DNA of 64,000 nt from Eledone cirrhosa (taxonomy: Eukaryota), in NCBI GenBank assembly GCA_964016885.1, contig OZ024741.1:253270001-253334000 (forward strand), written 5' to 3'. The position numbers and the translations under genes are program-made. Positions within the stretch are counted from its first letter, which is position 1, and every line of letters starts with the position of its first letter. Of the stretch, positions 14,535 to 27,863 are shown piece after piece. Below the pieces are notes generated by a model. It was not told where the DNA came from, ran no database searches, and saw only the letters and a list, made by a program, of their open reading frames with translations.

Positions 14535-15790
14535 TCAGATTTCCAAATCCTTTGATATTGTTGAAATCATTCCACAAAGAATGACTCTGAATTCCCAAAT
14601 CCTTTCTTGTTATTGGTTTATTGGGATTGCTCCAACCTCCCTCCAAATTTCAAAACTTCTTGTTTTGGGGATGATTTCACAAAAAAACAAAAACAACCCC
14701 AGACTACCAAATCCCTTGATGTTGAAATCATTCCCTAAAAAGAAACTTCAAATTCCTAAGTCCCATCTTGTTATTGGGATTAGTCCACCAGATTTCCAAA
14801 CCCCTTACTTTTTAGGAGGATTTCACAAAAAAACAACAAAAAACCCCAGATTACCAAATCCATTGTTGAGGTCATTCAACAAAAAGCAACTTCAGATTCA
14901 CAAATAAAAACCTCAGATTTCAAAACCCTTTGTTGTTTAAAGAATCTCACAAAAAGCACCCTCAACTTCCAAACCCTTTGTTGTTACTAGGATGATTCCA
15001 CAAATAGTAGTCCTAGATTTCCAATACCTTGTTGTTGTTGGGATGATTTCACATAAAATAACTTGAGGTACCCAAATCCTTGTTGTTGGGATTACTCCAC
15101 ACAAACCCACCTCACAAGATTACCAAACATCTTGTTGTTGTGATGACTTCACAAATAACCCCAGATTTCTAGTTGAGATTATACCACAAAAGTAACCTCA
15201 GATTTTCAAATACCTTCTTTTTGGGGGCGGGGGCGGGGGGGGGGGGCATTCTCTCTAAAACAACCCAAAATTATCAAATATCTTTTTGTTAACAATATTA
15301 CACAAAACCAACCCAAGGTACCTAAATATCTTCTTGTTATTTAAATGATTCCACACAAAAAACATTACCAGATTTCCACACCCCTTGTTGTTGGGATGAT
15401 TTTACCAAAAACAAACGATCCCAGATTACCAAATCCTGTGATACTGTTGAAATCATTCCACAAAAATTCAACAAAAAATTCCTAAGTCCCTGCTTATTAT
15501 TGGGATTAGTCAACACTCCCCCTCTTCCAGATCTCCAAACCCCTTGTTTTGGGAATAATTTCACCCCATAAAAAAACCCCAAAACACAGATTACCTAATC
15601 CTTTGTTGAGGTCATTCAACAAAAAGCAACTCTAGATTCACAAATCTCTTGTTTCACAAATAAAAACCTGATTTCAAAACCTCTTGTTGTTTAAATGATT
15701 CCACAAAAACCCCTTCCCTAGATTTCCACACCCATTGTTGTTGGGATGATTTTAAAATGAAAAAGATACACCATATTACCAAATTTCTTC
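14535..15790. repeat. Degenerate ~45-bp minisatellite
   Basis: Recurring unit close to CAGATTTCCAAATCCTTGTTGTTGGGATGATTTCACAAAAAACC. Confidence 0.8.
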
Positions 15791-15903
15791 TTCATTAATA
15801 CCTCAGATAAATGATTTGCACTCATCAGCCTCTTAGCAAAATAAACAATATGGCAAGAGAAACAAGTGTGAAAGAAATAATTACTGTATTTGATGGTTTA
15901 TAA

Positions 15904-16241
15904 CAGGGGTTCTCAACCTTTTTTTCGCTGTGAACCACCAAAATAAGTAATTTTTTCCTGTGGACCATCTAAACTTTTAAATTTTTTGTAATAGAACTGC
16001 TACTTATAAGCATCAGTAGATATTTTTTTTCAATGAATTAGAAAATGCTATTATTATGTTGCAGTGCCTAAAAATCTACGGAAATAAACAGCTGAAGTCG
16101 TACTTATGCGAAGAATAAGAACAGCGCTTTAAGTCAAATGCAAGGATCAAAAATGAATTTGCTATTGAAAATTTTCTGTGGACCACCTGAATTTTCCTGT
16201 GGACCACTAGTGGTCCACTTGGACCAGGCTGAGAACCGCTG
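15904..16241. mobile_element. hAT-type MITE
   Basis: TIRs CAGGGGTTCTCAACC / GGCTGAGAACCGCTG, with a perfect 8-bp TSD GTTTATAA at 15896-15903 and 16242-16249. Confidence 0.9.
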
Positions 16242-16366
16242 GTTTATAAGATGCAATTATTTTTTTTTTAAATGTCCCAGAAAGTCACTTTGCATCTTAT
16301 AAGGTCATGGGTCAGTTTGAGTTACTGGTTAGTGGAATTCTAATGCTGCAGTGGCCCTTAAATTGA

Positions 16367-16587
16367 CCCTTTAGCATTTAAACCAGACACATCTAGCCAG
16401 AATACTCTTACCTGTTTCTGTTCAAACTGGCTGTAACTGACCACTCATACTGATGTTAAGGTATTGTTCCCAAAATATATAATATCAATATCTCATATAT
16501 TCAATATTACCTGAGATAGTTATGTGATGTAAAGCCTTTACCACGAAAATACAATAGTATATATAGAATAATGTAAATGCTAAAGGG
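16367..16587. mobile_element. piggyBac-type MITE
   Basis: TTGA|CCCTTTAGCATTTA...TAAATGCTAAAGGG|TTAA. Confidence 0.8.
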
Positions 16588-16714
16588 TTAAACCACAAAT
16601 TGAAGTGTGTCTTATAAGCTCATGTGTCTTAAAAGCCATCAAATAGGGTAGTTCTAATTTAGGACAGAAATTAGGGTAGGGAAATGTTGATTAGCTTGTT
16701 GCTTATATACACTT

Positions 16715-17465
16715 ATACTTTATTTTATTGACCTCCGAAGGATGAAAGGCAAAGTTGACCTCAGCAGGATTTGAACTGAGAAAGTAAACACCCAGAACAA
16801 ATATTGAATAGCATTTAATGACAGAGCCAACCCTCTTCCCTAAGGGGGAGAATAATAGTTTCTGATTTAGGCACAAAGTCAACAATTATTGCGGGGAGGA
16901 GAAAGTTGATTAAATCAACCCCAGTGCATTACTGGTACTTTATTTTATCAAATCCGTAATGATGAAAGGCAAAGTTAACACAGTCATGATTTGAACTCAG
17001 AGTGTAAAGATCCAGAACAATTAGTGAAAAGCATTTTGCTTCATGTTTTAATGTTGGGGGAGAATAAAGTTGATTGAATCAACCCCAGTGCATTACTGGT
17101 ACTTTATTTTATCAACTCCATACTAATGAAAAGCAAACTAACCTTAGCAAGATTTTAACTTAGAGCGTAAAGACCCAGAACAAATGATAATCATAATTAA
17201 AATTATTGTGTACAGTGCTCAGGTGTACTACAACTCATCAAAGTTGCATGTATACTACATAGAATAATGTACAAATGTCAGGAAATAATTGTTTCTACTT
17301 TTTGCACAAGACCAGCAATTACATTACTGGTACTTTATTTTATCGACCCCCGTAACGATGAAAGGCAAAGTTAACCTTGACGGGATTTGAACTCAGACTG
17401 TAAAGGGACATAACTATGCTAGAAAGGATGGCATCCAACCCTCCACCGATACTGCCAATTCACTG
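16715..17465 (-). mobile_element. Cluster of tRNA-derived SINE copies/fragments (family A)
   Basis: Repeated reverse complement of GAGTTCAAATCCCGCCGAGGTTAACTTTGCCTTTCATCC..GATAAAATAAAGTACCAGT. Confidence 0.8.
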
Positions 17466-17489
17466 CCCTTTGTCAGGAAATAATAATGA

Positions 17490-17990
17490 AAATTATTGTG
17501 TACAGTGCTCAGGTGCACTACAACTCGTAAAACGTGCATGTATAGTACATAGAATAATGTACAAATGTCAGGAAAGTGAGCAGTGTATGAGTCATGATAT
17601 ACAAACAAACACTGACACACATGCGTGCGTGCGTGTGTATGGAGAGGGAATATCAGGTGTTCTGTTGGTGAATTTCAGGAAGCATGGAAGTTTTGAAGGA
17701 TGCAGTGTCCCGACAGCTAACAACTGATGCAGGTAGTTTGTGCCATGCTTCAGCAACTCTGAGCATTAAAAAATGTTTCCGTAAGTCATGGGAGCTGTGC
17801 TGTTTTCTCATTTTATAAGCATGTCCATGGGTGTTAGACACATGCATTTCAAAAAGGTGCTTAGAGTTGTTGTTGGAAAGATTGTTGATAATCTTGTGGG
17901 GGTCTACTAAGTCAGTTGCCAGATGTTGAATCTGTAATGTATCCATACCCAGGGAAGCAAGGTGTTCAGAGTATGGTAGATACTCTCGAC
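17490..17990 (-). mobile_element. CR1/L2-like LINE 3' fragment
   Basis: ORF 17653-17946 contains THGHAYKM..LRKHFLMLRVAEAWHKLPASVVSC..FK, resembling the CR1 ORF2 C-terminus (TRGH.KL..R.FF..RV...WN.LP). Confidence 0.8.
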
Positions 17991-18054
17991 TGCAGAGAAA
18001 AGGATTTTGTCTGATGCTTCAACGACTCTGCTATCTGCCTCCCTTGGTGTGAGA

Positions 18055-18390
18055 AATAATTGTTTCTACGTTTGGCACAAGGCCAGCAATTATCCCAGTG
18101 CATTACTGGTACTTTATTTTATCGACCCCGTAAGGATGAAAGACAAAGTTAACCTCGGCGGGATTTGAACTTAGATCGTAAAGGGACCTAACTATGCTGG
18201 AAAGCATGGCGTCCGACCCTCTAATTTAAATAATTGTTTCTACTTTTGGCACAAGGCCAGCAATTACCCAGTGCATTACTGGTACTTTATTTTATCGACC
18301 CAGTAAGGATGAAAGGCAAAGTTAACCTCGGCGGGATTTGAACTTAGATCATAAAGGGACCTAACTATGCTGGAAAGCATGTCTGACTCT
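18055..18390 (-). mobile_element. Two tandem family-A SINE copies
   Basis: Two near-identical ~165-bp units beginning AATAATTGTTTCTAC. Confidence 0.85.
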
Positions 18391-18569
18391 CTACAATGTT
18401 AGCACATTGGGCGAGCAGGATAAACACTGACCAGTATTTTATTATGTTACATATAATCTGTTCATAATGAAAAAATAACAAACACAGTCATAGGAAAAAA
18501 ACATTGGTTTTATTTTGTTATTTACACATACATAGATTGATTTATTTACATATATATTTTAGTGATTAT

Positions 18570-18732
18570 TTACATTTACAAATACATACATACATATGTA
18601 TGCACATACATGTATACCGACACAGATACATACAAAAAATACAGACATACACATACACATGTGTATATATATTGAAGCATGCATACACACCAATTATATA
18701 TGCATGCAAGTGTGATATATATAGACATCCAT

Positions 18733-18775
<43 letters not shown>

Positions 18776-18853
18776 TATCTTCATCATCATCATCATCAAC
18801 ATCATCAATTTTTTTTTAAGCAGACATAAAAATAAGGGTGGTTATGTACATAC

Positions 18854-18884
<31 letters not shown>

Positions 18885-18913
18885 CATATATATATATATA
18901 TACATATATATGT

Positions 18914-19003
<90 letters not shown>

Positions 19004-19201
19004 TCAAATATGTACTTACAAACACATAAAATATACATATACACACACACATACAACCATACATACGTATGCACACCCATGTACACGCAAGGAAAATGTA
19101 TATTTGAAAAACTTTGAATATACATTGCATGCATGAACACATACTTTGATGCCAACAGATATAAAAAATATGAATAGATATATGCACACAATATATATAT
19201 G

Positions 19202-19269
<68 letters not shown>

Positions 19270-19520
19270 CACACACACACATACACACATATATATATAT
19301 ATGTATGTTTAATAAATATATAAACATATACATACCTATATATGTATATATATCTGCATACACATATATCATATATAAATATATATGTATGTGCATATAT
19401 ATATATGTATATATATGTATATATATATATATATGCCTACATATATGTATATATATATCACATATAAACATATATGTATGTGATATATATATATATATAT
19501 AAATATATATGTATGTACAT

Positions 19521-19561
<41 letters not shown>

Positions 19562-19814
19562 TATATATATAAATATAAAAATGTAAATACAAAATATTTA
19601 TATACCCAGCACATAAATACATACGTATGAAAGCAATGCTAAACAAATATAAGTATATTTATTTACCCACAGACCATATATTGAACACACCTTCGATGTG
19701 TATGTATATACAAGAAGGAAATATATGATACATACATATATATATATGTATGTATATATGTATATATATATGTATATATATATACATACATATATATATA
19801 TGTATGTATATATG

Positions 19815-19846
<32 letters not shown>

Positions 19847-20130
19847 TACATATATATACATATGTATATATGTATATATGTATATATGTACATATATACA
19901 TATGTATATATGTACATATGTATATATGTATATATGTATATATATATACATATGTATATATATACATATATACATATGTATATATGTACATATGTATATA
20001 TGTATATATATATATACATATATACATATGTATATATATACATATATACATATGTATATATGTATATATATATATACATATGTATATATGTACATATGTA
20101 TATATATATATATGTACATATGTATATATG

Positions 20131-20161
<31 letters not shown>

Positions 20162-20774
20162 GGTGGCTGCCAACTCGTTTTGTATATATATATATACATA
20201 TGTATATATGTACATATGTATATATATACATATATATATATGTATATATATGTACATATAAATATATATGTATATATATGTATATATATATGTATATATA
20301 TATATATATATGTATATATATACATATATACATATGTATATATGTATATATATATACATATATACATATGTATATATGTATATATATATACATATGTATA
20401 TATGTATATATATATACATATATACATATGTATATATATACATATATACATATGTATATATGTATATATGTACATATGTATATATACATATATACATATG
20501 TATATATATACATATGTATATATGTATATATATATACATATATACATATGTATATATGTACATATGTATATATGTATATATGTATATATATATACATATG
20601 TATATATATACATATATACATATGTATATATGTACATATGTATATATGTATATATATATATACATATATACATATGTATATATATACATATATACATATG
20701 TATATATGTATATATATATATACATATGTATATATGTACATATGTATATATATATATATGTACATATGTATATA

Positions 20775-20808
<34 letters not shown>
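18570..20808. repeat. Long (TA)n/(TATG)n/(TACA)n microsatellite field
   Basis: Direct inspection. Confidence 0.9.
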
Positions 20809-20809
<1 letters not shown>

Positions 20810-21417
20810 GGTGGCTGCCAACTCGTTTTCGAGTACGGCCACTACTTTATAACCATGTAGGAGAACCCCTACCGATACGCTGAACGAGTGTGACTTTTTA
20901 GTCCAGCCAGCAACTTGAAAACTCTGGTACAAACACTACACTTGTGACAATTATTGACACATAGTGCTGGGCCCATGGTACCATGTAATGACAAGTGCAG
21001 AGAGATCTCCAGATACAAAGCAATGCCTGTGCCGTGAAGCTTTTATAGTGAGCAAAGGCACTGCACAAAGCTAGTCCCACTCTCTTAACCAAGATGATAT
21101 TTACCAAAAAGAAGAACAAGTCAACATCATTGGATACCATCAGGGTTGCAGGTGTTATATCAGAGTTTTCCTTCTCCTAGAATTCTGCCTTGACAAAGGC
21201 TAAGGGGTCATCTCTCCCGGTGATTTTGGATGGCCATTGACTCTTAAGAGCTCCTTTGCCCTTTGACAGGTTTTGTTTTTAGTCCTGCAGGATGTCCAAA
21301 GTCACCCTCCTCACCAAGAAACCTTAGTGGGGTTGCCAGTTTAGTCGCCAACGACCCGACCATGAGACAGGTTGTACTGGGATACATGTTACCAGTAGCA
21401 CCAAGTGGTGACCTGAC
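20809..21417 (-). mobile_element. ~610-bp non-autonomous element, probably derived from an RTE 5' UTR; truncated near-identical copy at 50976-51471
   Basis: Two highly similar copies are in the window. The reverse complement contains CTAGGAGAAGGAAAACTCTGA, a motif I associate with RTE 5' regions (recollection, unverified). Confidence 0.7.
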
Positions 21418-21477
21418 ATATATATATATACATATATATATACATACATATATATATATACATACATATATATATAC

Positions 21478-21508
<31 letters not shown>

Positions 21509-21535
21509 CATATATATATACATATACATATATAC

Positions 21536-21584
<49 letters not shown>

Positions 21585-21603
21585 TGTCTATGTATGTAGG
21601 TGT

Positions 21604-21670
<67 letters not shown>

Positions 21671-22443
21671 TGTATGTTGTAATATATATAGTTATACACA
21701 TCAGTATCATCATCATTGTCAATGACATCACTACCATCAACATTATCATCACCAACCTCTCCATATCAACCTACCCCCATCATAATTTTCAATCCCCACC
21801 ACCGCCACCACCAAATATCCCTTCATCAATCAAACCTGATAAAATACATACACTCAGGTGATTGACTTTTGTCTTAAAGCCATATTGATTGTGTTTTAGT
21901 GTTCAATACTGATCAAGCATCAACCAGTTCAAACCCAGTGGAGAAATCTTGTTTTTCAAGAGAAGCAAACAGTAAATGACATGTTTGTCTCTCCTCCACC
22001 TCCTTCTCATCCTCATCCACAACATCATCATCATCTCCATTTTATCCTGCCCCCCCCCCCCTCCTTCTCCTCCACTTCCTCCTCCTCCTCCTCCTCCTCC
22101 TCTCAACTTAATCCCATCCTTCACCTCATCTGTAACCTGGCTTCAGTACCTTTTGATAGCATCCTTTCCCTCCACCTCCTCCTTAGTCATTTTTCTTTGT
22201 GTGTGTGTGTGTGTGTGTGTAACACGTGTGTGTGTGTGTAACACGTGTGTGTGTGTGTGTATGTGTGTACATGCATGCATGTGTAGTGTGTGAAAAAGAA
22301 ATATTGTACATTTTCTGTGTCCATGGGTTTGTGTATGAGTGTGTGCTTGCATGTGTGTGTGTGTCTATGTGTATGTGTGTGAGAGAGAGAGAGAACGAGA
22401 AATTATACATTTTCTGTGTGTGTGTTTGTGTATGAGTGTGTGC

Positions 22444-22478
<35 letters not shown>

Positions 22479-22555
22479 TATGTGTGTGTGTGAGAGAGAC
22501 AGAAATTGTACATTTTCTGTGTCCATGGGTTTGTGTATGAGTCTGTGTGTGCATA

Positions 22556-22590
<35 letters not shown>

Positions 22591-23104
22591 GGGGGGATAG
22601 AGAGAGAGAACGAGAAATTGTACGTTTTCTCTGTGTCTATATGTTTGTGTGAGGGTCTCTGTGTGTGTATGTGTATGATTCTATACCTATATTTTACCTA
22701 TGTGAATAAGAGAGAAATAGAAGGGTGGGGGTTATGTATGTATATATTTGCATTTGAATCTGCCTGTCTTTATGTATGCGTGTGTATACATATCTGTGTA
22801 TGTATGTATATATGTATGCTTGTATCTATGTATGAATAATTTTACGTATGTATAGATTTTATATATGTACATATATATAAATGTGTGTGTGTGTGCGCGC
22901 ATGTGTGTAGGCATATATTTTTCTTTTTTAATTATTTGATTTCTTCCTATAAACATGGAGTTAGTTTCCAACCAGGAACCAATTGTTGGAATTTAGATAA
23001 CAAGAATGGTAAAGAGATACATGCTGACTTTTAGAAAAGTCTTACAATCTTTTACTACTGTTCCACTTACAGATTGTATTTATAGAATATATCTTAGCTA
23101 GTTA

Positions 23105-23310
23105 CTTTCTTTGCATTTAAACCAGCCGCATCCGACCAGAATTCTCTCACCTCTTTCTGTTCAAACCAGCTGAAACTGACTTCTCATACTGATGTTAAGG
23201 TATTGTTCTCAAAATAAATAACATCAAAATCTCGTAGATACGATATTATGAGAGGTAAAGTCTTTACCTCAAAAATACAATAAATATAGAGTAATGTAAA
23301 TGTTAAAGTG
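23105..23310. mobile_element. Degenerate copy of the piggyBac-type MITE
   Basis: The internal sequence matches 29881-30098 and the right end is TAAATGTTAAAGTG|TTAA. Confidence 0.7.
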
Positions 23311-24215
23311 TTAAATATATTTAGCAGCATAACCAAATGCACCAATATTTATCAGTATAAATGTAATTTTCTACCCTGCATAGAAAAATTGTAAGTTTCT
23401 TAGGTGTTGTCTCTAAATATTCTTTATTTTTGTTGGAAGAAATGTTCACAAGAGTAGGGTAGCTCACTTCTATGATGGTACAAAGGTTATATTTTCTATC
23501 TCCAACTATATCTGGTCTGTCATCCTTGCATTTAGAGCCAGTTTATGATGGACTGCTCTGCTGATATTGCTATGTATGTATGTGTGTGTGTATGTATGTA
23601 TGTGTGTGTATGTATGCTATTCTCGTTACATAATTTTATAAATTTTTACCAATAAAAAGAGAATCGGTTTCTAACATAGACACAAAACTCTTTCATTGGA
23701 ATTTAGACAACATCAACTAGGTAGATATGTAAGCATGTCTGCATGCCTGCGTTTGTGTGTGTGCAGGTATAGATGTTATTGTATGTGTGGATATGTATTT
23801 GTTTTGAGTTATATGTGTGCATATGCATATGTTTTGAATCTATACATGTATATATATGCAGTTATTACATGCAGAATTTTTGGAATATTTTACATAATTT
23901 TACTGTTCCATTAATGGATTGTATGTATATATGTATGTTTGTATGTATGTATTTATGATTGTACATACGTAGGTGCATATGTATGTATAGTTCAAAAAAT
24001 TTTGGGGGGGGGATCCGAAGTTCAGGTAATCTGCTGGTGATCCATGGTTGGTCAAGATGTTTGAAAGTTGCAGTCCAAAGGTACCAGGTAGAAATCCAGG
24101 TCTGAATTATGATGTATGCATGTATCTATGTATTTCTGTTTGTATATATGCATAATAGATACATATAAACACACACATGCATTTATACACATGTGTATGT
24201 GTAAGTATATAATAT

Positions 24216-24314
<99 letters not shown>

Positions 24315-24702
24315 AACACATGTATGTTTGTATGTATCAGTTTATATATATATATAATTAGGTATATTTAGGTTAGGTATGATCTTGTTCTGATAAAACT
24401 CACATCACTTTTACATTAGATGAGGGTAATTCTCTCACTTCCAGAAGGATAGACTACCCCAGGTTTAACCCAGGGTTTCCTCAGAAGTACACTGACATGT
24501 TGCAACAGCTACAGCATTTCAACATTTCTGTATTCTGGTAGGCAACTGAAAGGAAAAATAACATCCATTTTTCATAATTGTATGCATATCCTTTCTACTT
24601 ATGATCTACATTGACTATCTACATTTATTGAATTCTAATTTAGACACAAAGCTGGGAAAATTTTGGGGAAGGGCAAAGTTGATTTATGTTATGTTTTATT
24701 GA

Positions 24703-25070
24703 CTGTAAAGTGGTCGTGTAGGTGTCACGACAGAAAGCACCCAGCCCACACTGTAAAGTGGTCATGTAGATGTCACAACAAAAAGCACCCAGCCCACAAT
24801 GAAAAGTGGTCATGTAGGTGTCACAAGAAAAAGCACCCAGCCCACCCTGTAAAGTGGTTGTGTAGGCATCACAACAAAAAGCACCCCCTGTACTCACTAT
24901 AAATGAGGTTGGCATTAGGAAGGGCATCCAACCACAGAAACCAAGTCAAAATCAGCTCTGTATGAAGCAAGACATGGTCACCTGACCAAGCATTTCCCAC
25001 AACAGGACAACTTATCTAACTCATGCTAGCGTGGAAGAATGGACATAAAATGGTGATGATGATGATAATG
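24703..25070 (+). mobile_element. RTE-tail fragment with a 48-bp internal tandem repeat (x4)
   Basis: Unit CTGTAAAGTGGTCGTGTAGGTGTCACGACAGAAAGCACCCAGCCCACA at 24703, 24751, 24799 and 24847. It is followed by GGCATTAGGAAGGGCATCC and a (GAT)n tail. Confidence 0.8.
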
Positions 25071-27092
25071 ATGACTATGGAATGCTGAACGACAAAGCTG
25101 ATCTTGGCGAGATTCAAATTCAGAATTTAAAGAGCCAGGATAAATACCTCAATAGTATTTTATCTAATGACTTACCAATTCTGCCAATTTGCATTCCCTA
25201 CATATGTTATCTACTACACATGGCATCCATATATACTGCCTTCTCATACTGTCTACATATGGTATGGTCTCGTAACTCCTCTTAGAATCATAGGGGTGCT
25301 GTATTAATATATGGCGTTTCTTGGCCATTTTAAGCCTGGCAGATCCCATCCCTCTCCAGGCCTGAGTACGGCAGATTTCTTCCAGAGAGAGGAAAAATCA
25401 ATTCCAGAACTTAACTGATACTATTTTTATTGACCTTGAAAAGATAAAATCAAAGTTGACCTTGGATCTCACATACACTGTCCTCATATATTGTTTATTT
25501 GTGTCTCTTCAGAAACCCATCAAAGATTTTTATAGATTTCTATCGATTCTTATCTACTCGAGATGTTCCAGGCTAGTCTCCTACCTGTTTGTAATTATAC
25601 TTGTTGTGGCTACACACTATGGCCACATATACTTGGTTATTTTAATCATGTTATCACTCTTTCTTAACTCTTTCTTAACTCTGGACGAAAATGCATTAAC
25701 TTTTCACACCATTGGGTACTTTGTAACTGCCTCAAACAATTTGATAGGTATCTGCTCTACTGCGACTACAACTTATATATATATATATATGATGATGATA
25801 TATATAATAGATATTGTTTATTGTCGATTCGTATACATAAACTTTGTAATGTGATAGCTGCATCTTGAAAAAGTCTGTCTCCCCCATACTGATATTTAGA
25901 GCAAGCTGGGGGTTGGGTTTACAGAGTTTGTGTTAGGAAATTTGGATGGTGTTTGAGGAAGAAATTATTGAAGATGTCTTGGATTTACTACAGACATTTA
26001 GTAACTAATTTGCATTTGTTCTGCGTGTATCTACATTCAGATTTATGTATTTGATGATCCTATTTGCTTACACTCACCCCCCCCCCCCCACACACACACA
26101 CATTGATATATATATAGTTATCTTTATTTTAAGTGTTAAACTTATGAGGGTTGTGTTTGCACTATTTCAATCAATAAATTATAGTGTAAGCAGAATTAAG
26201 GACTCAACAGTAGTTGTATGTATCCAACATTGACATAGGATCATGTTTAACACGACGGAGTATTCTTAAATGAATAAACATTAAGAGAGGTTTGTGTAAT
26301 TATATAATTATATTTATCATGTTTGTATTATGTGTATTTCCACAATACCATCACATTGCATTTATGGAAATTGCATCTACAGTTGCCATGGCGCCAATTA
26401 TAACAGAAAATTTATAAAATTGTTGACATCATTCAATGAGAGACATATTGCTGTGTGTGTTCACCTAATATATGTTAGGCGAGCACACAAAAATGAGTTA
26501 TACCTGTAATTCAAATGGCCAGCTTTATCACATACTGTGACATGCTGAATCTCCCTGAGTATTACATTCAGGGTACAAATGTCTGTGGAATTCTCAAACA
26601 CTTGCATGGGAATTTCCTGAGTAGGCTGTTCCATTGTTTGAACAACCGGCGCACTAGCTGTTGGAACCATCAGAAGTTCAACAATATATATATATATATC
26701 ATCATCATCATTTAACGTCCATGTCTTGCTCATATAAAACGGTTTTTTATGAGGTTTCAATGGCTGGATGCCCTTCCTAACGCCAACCACATTTACAGTG
26801 TGTGCTGGGTGCTTTTTCTCATGATTCCCACATGACCACCTTGCAATGTGTCTGGGTGCTTTTTGTCGTGACACCTACATGCTATATTTATATATATATA
26901 TATATATATACGTATATATATATATATATATATATATGTATTGAAGTTTCCGTTGAAAATTGAAAAAGTCATAGGAGTGAATATATTGTAGTTTATATAT
27001 CTCTTGCATTACTTTTATTTATATTTTTTTGCTCGTTAAACTTTTGCCTTTCTTGAGGAGATTTTTCAAATATTTCACTATGTTTTAAATTG

Positions 27093-27160
27093 CCTTATCC
27101 GACGAACGAATGAGGACGTTTTTCGTATTTGTCTTATTCGGGAAACCTCTGGTAATGAGG
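27093..27160 (+). ncRNA. Hammerhead motif with core variant (CCGACGA), probably decayed
   Basis: CCUUAU-CCGACGA-ACGAAUGAGGAC..GUCUUAUUCGG-GAAA-CC UCU GG-UA/AUGAGG. Confidence 0.6.
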
Positions 27161-27183
27161 TAATATTGTATTGTTTATTATAC

Positions 27184-27286
<103 letters not shown>

Positions 27287-27342
27287 CATTTCTGAATTTG
27301 TTTAGCAAGATTCTTTATCTGAAAACGTGTGTTGAAACCGAT

Positions 27343-27863
27343 ATTGTTATACTTTGGTAGGGTCATGTTGCCAATAAGAAACACACGCACCAGTTGCTTT
27401 CACTTCAATTTATTATAATAAATTTATAAATTTAGGAATTTATAAATTTCCGGTTGGTTGGTTGGTTCCACAACCAAATGGTTGTTTATATATTGTCAAA
27501 GTTCTTTTGTCACACATTCTGTGACCTCTTCAGTGACTGGGGATTCTTTTCTTTGTTTTTGTGCCTCTCCTTTGTTCTGTCCTACGCCATCTTGTTTCTG
27601 TGTGTCAGAAACAAGATGGCGTAGGACAGAACAATGGAGAGGCACAAAAACAAAGAAAAGAATCCCCAGTCACTGAAGAGGTCACAGAATGTGTGACGAA
27701 AGAACTTTGACAATATATAAACAACCATTTGGTTGTGGAACCAACCAACCAACCGGAAATTTATAAATTCCTAAATTTATAAATTTATTATAATAAATTG
27801 AAGTGAAAGCAACTGGTGCGTGTGTTTCTTATTGGCAACATGACCCTCCCAAAGTATAACAAT
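27343..27863. repeat. ~520-bp near-perfect palindrome with a hammerhead motif in each arm
   Basis: Centre TTTCTG-TGTGT-CAGAAA at 27603. Same family as 53446-54018. Confidence 0.92.
27669..27711 (+). ncRNA. Minimal type I hammerhead motif (copy at 53777-53819; mirror copy at 27495-27537 has GAAA>AAAA)
   Basis: GUCA-CUGAAGA-G-GUCAC AGAAUGU GUGAC-GAAA-GAAC-UU/UGAC. Confidence 0.7.

Larger units (their letters stand above)
15884..16648. mobile_element. TcMar (Tc2/pogo-like) MITE with TA TSD, host of two nested MITEs
   Basis: Left end TA|CTGTATTTGATGGTTTATAAGATGCA (once the hAT insert is removed) matches the reverse-complemented right end TA|CCCTATTTGATGGCTTTTAAGACACA. Confidence 0.7.

Noticed and set aside
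24703-24890. 48-bp repeats as a CRISPR array
   Set aside because: They are contiguous tandem repeats without unique spacers, lie inside an RTE tail, and are in a eukaryotic context with no cas genes.
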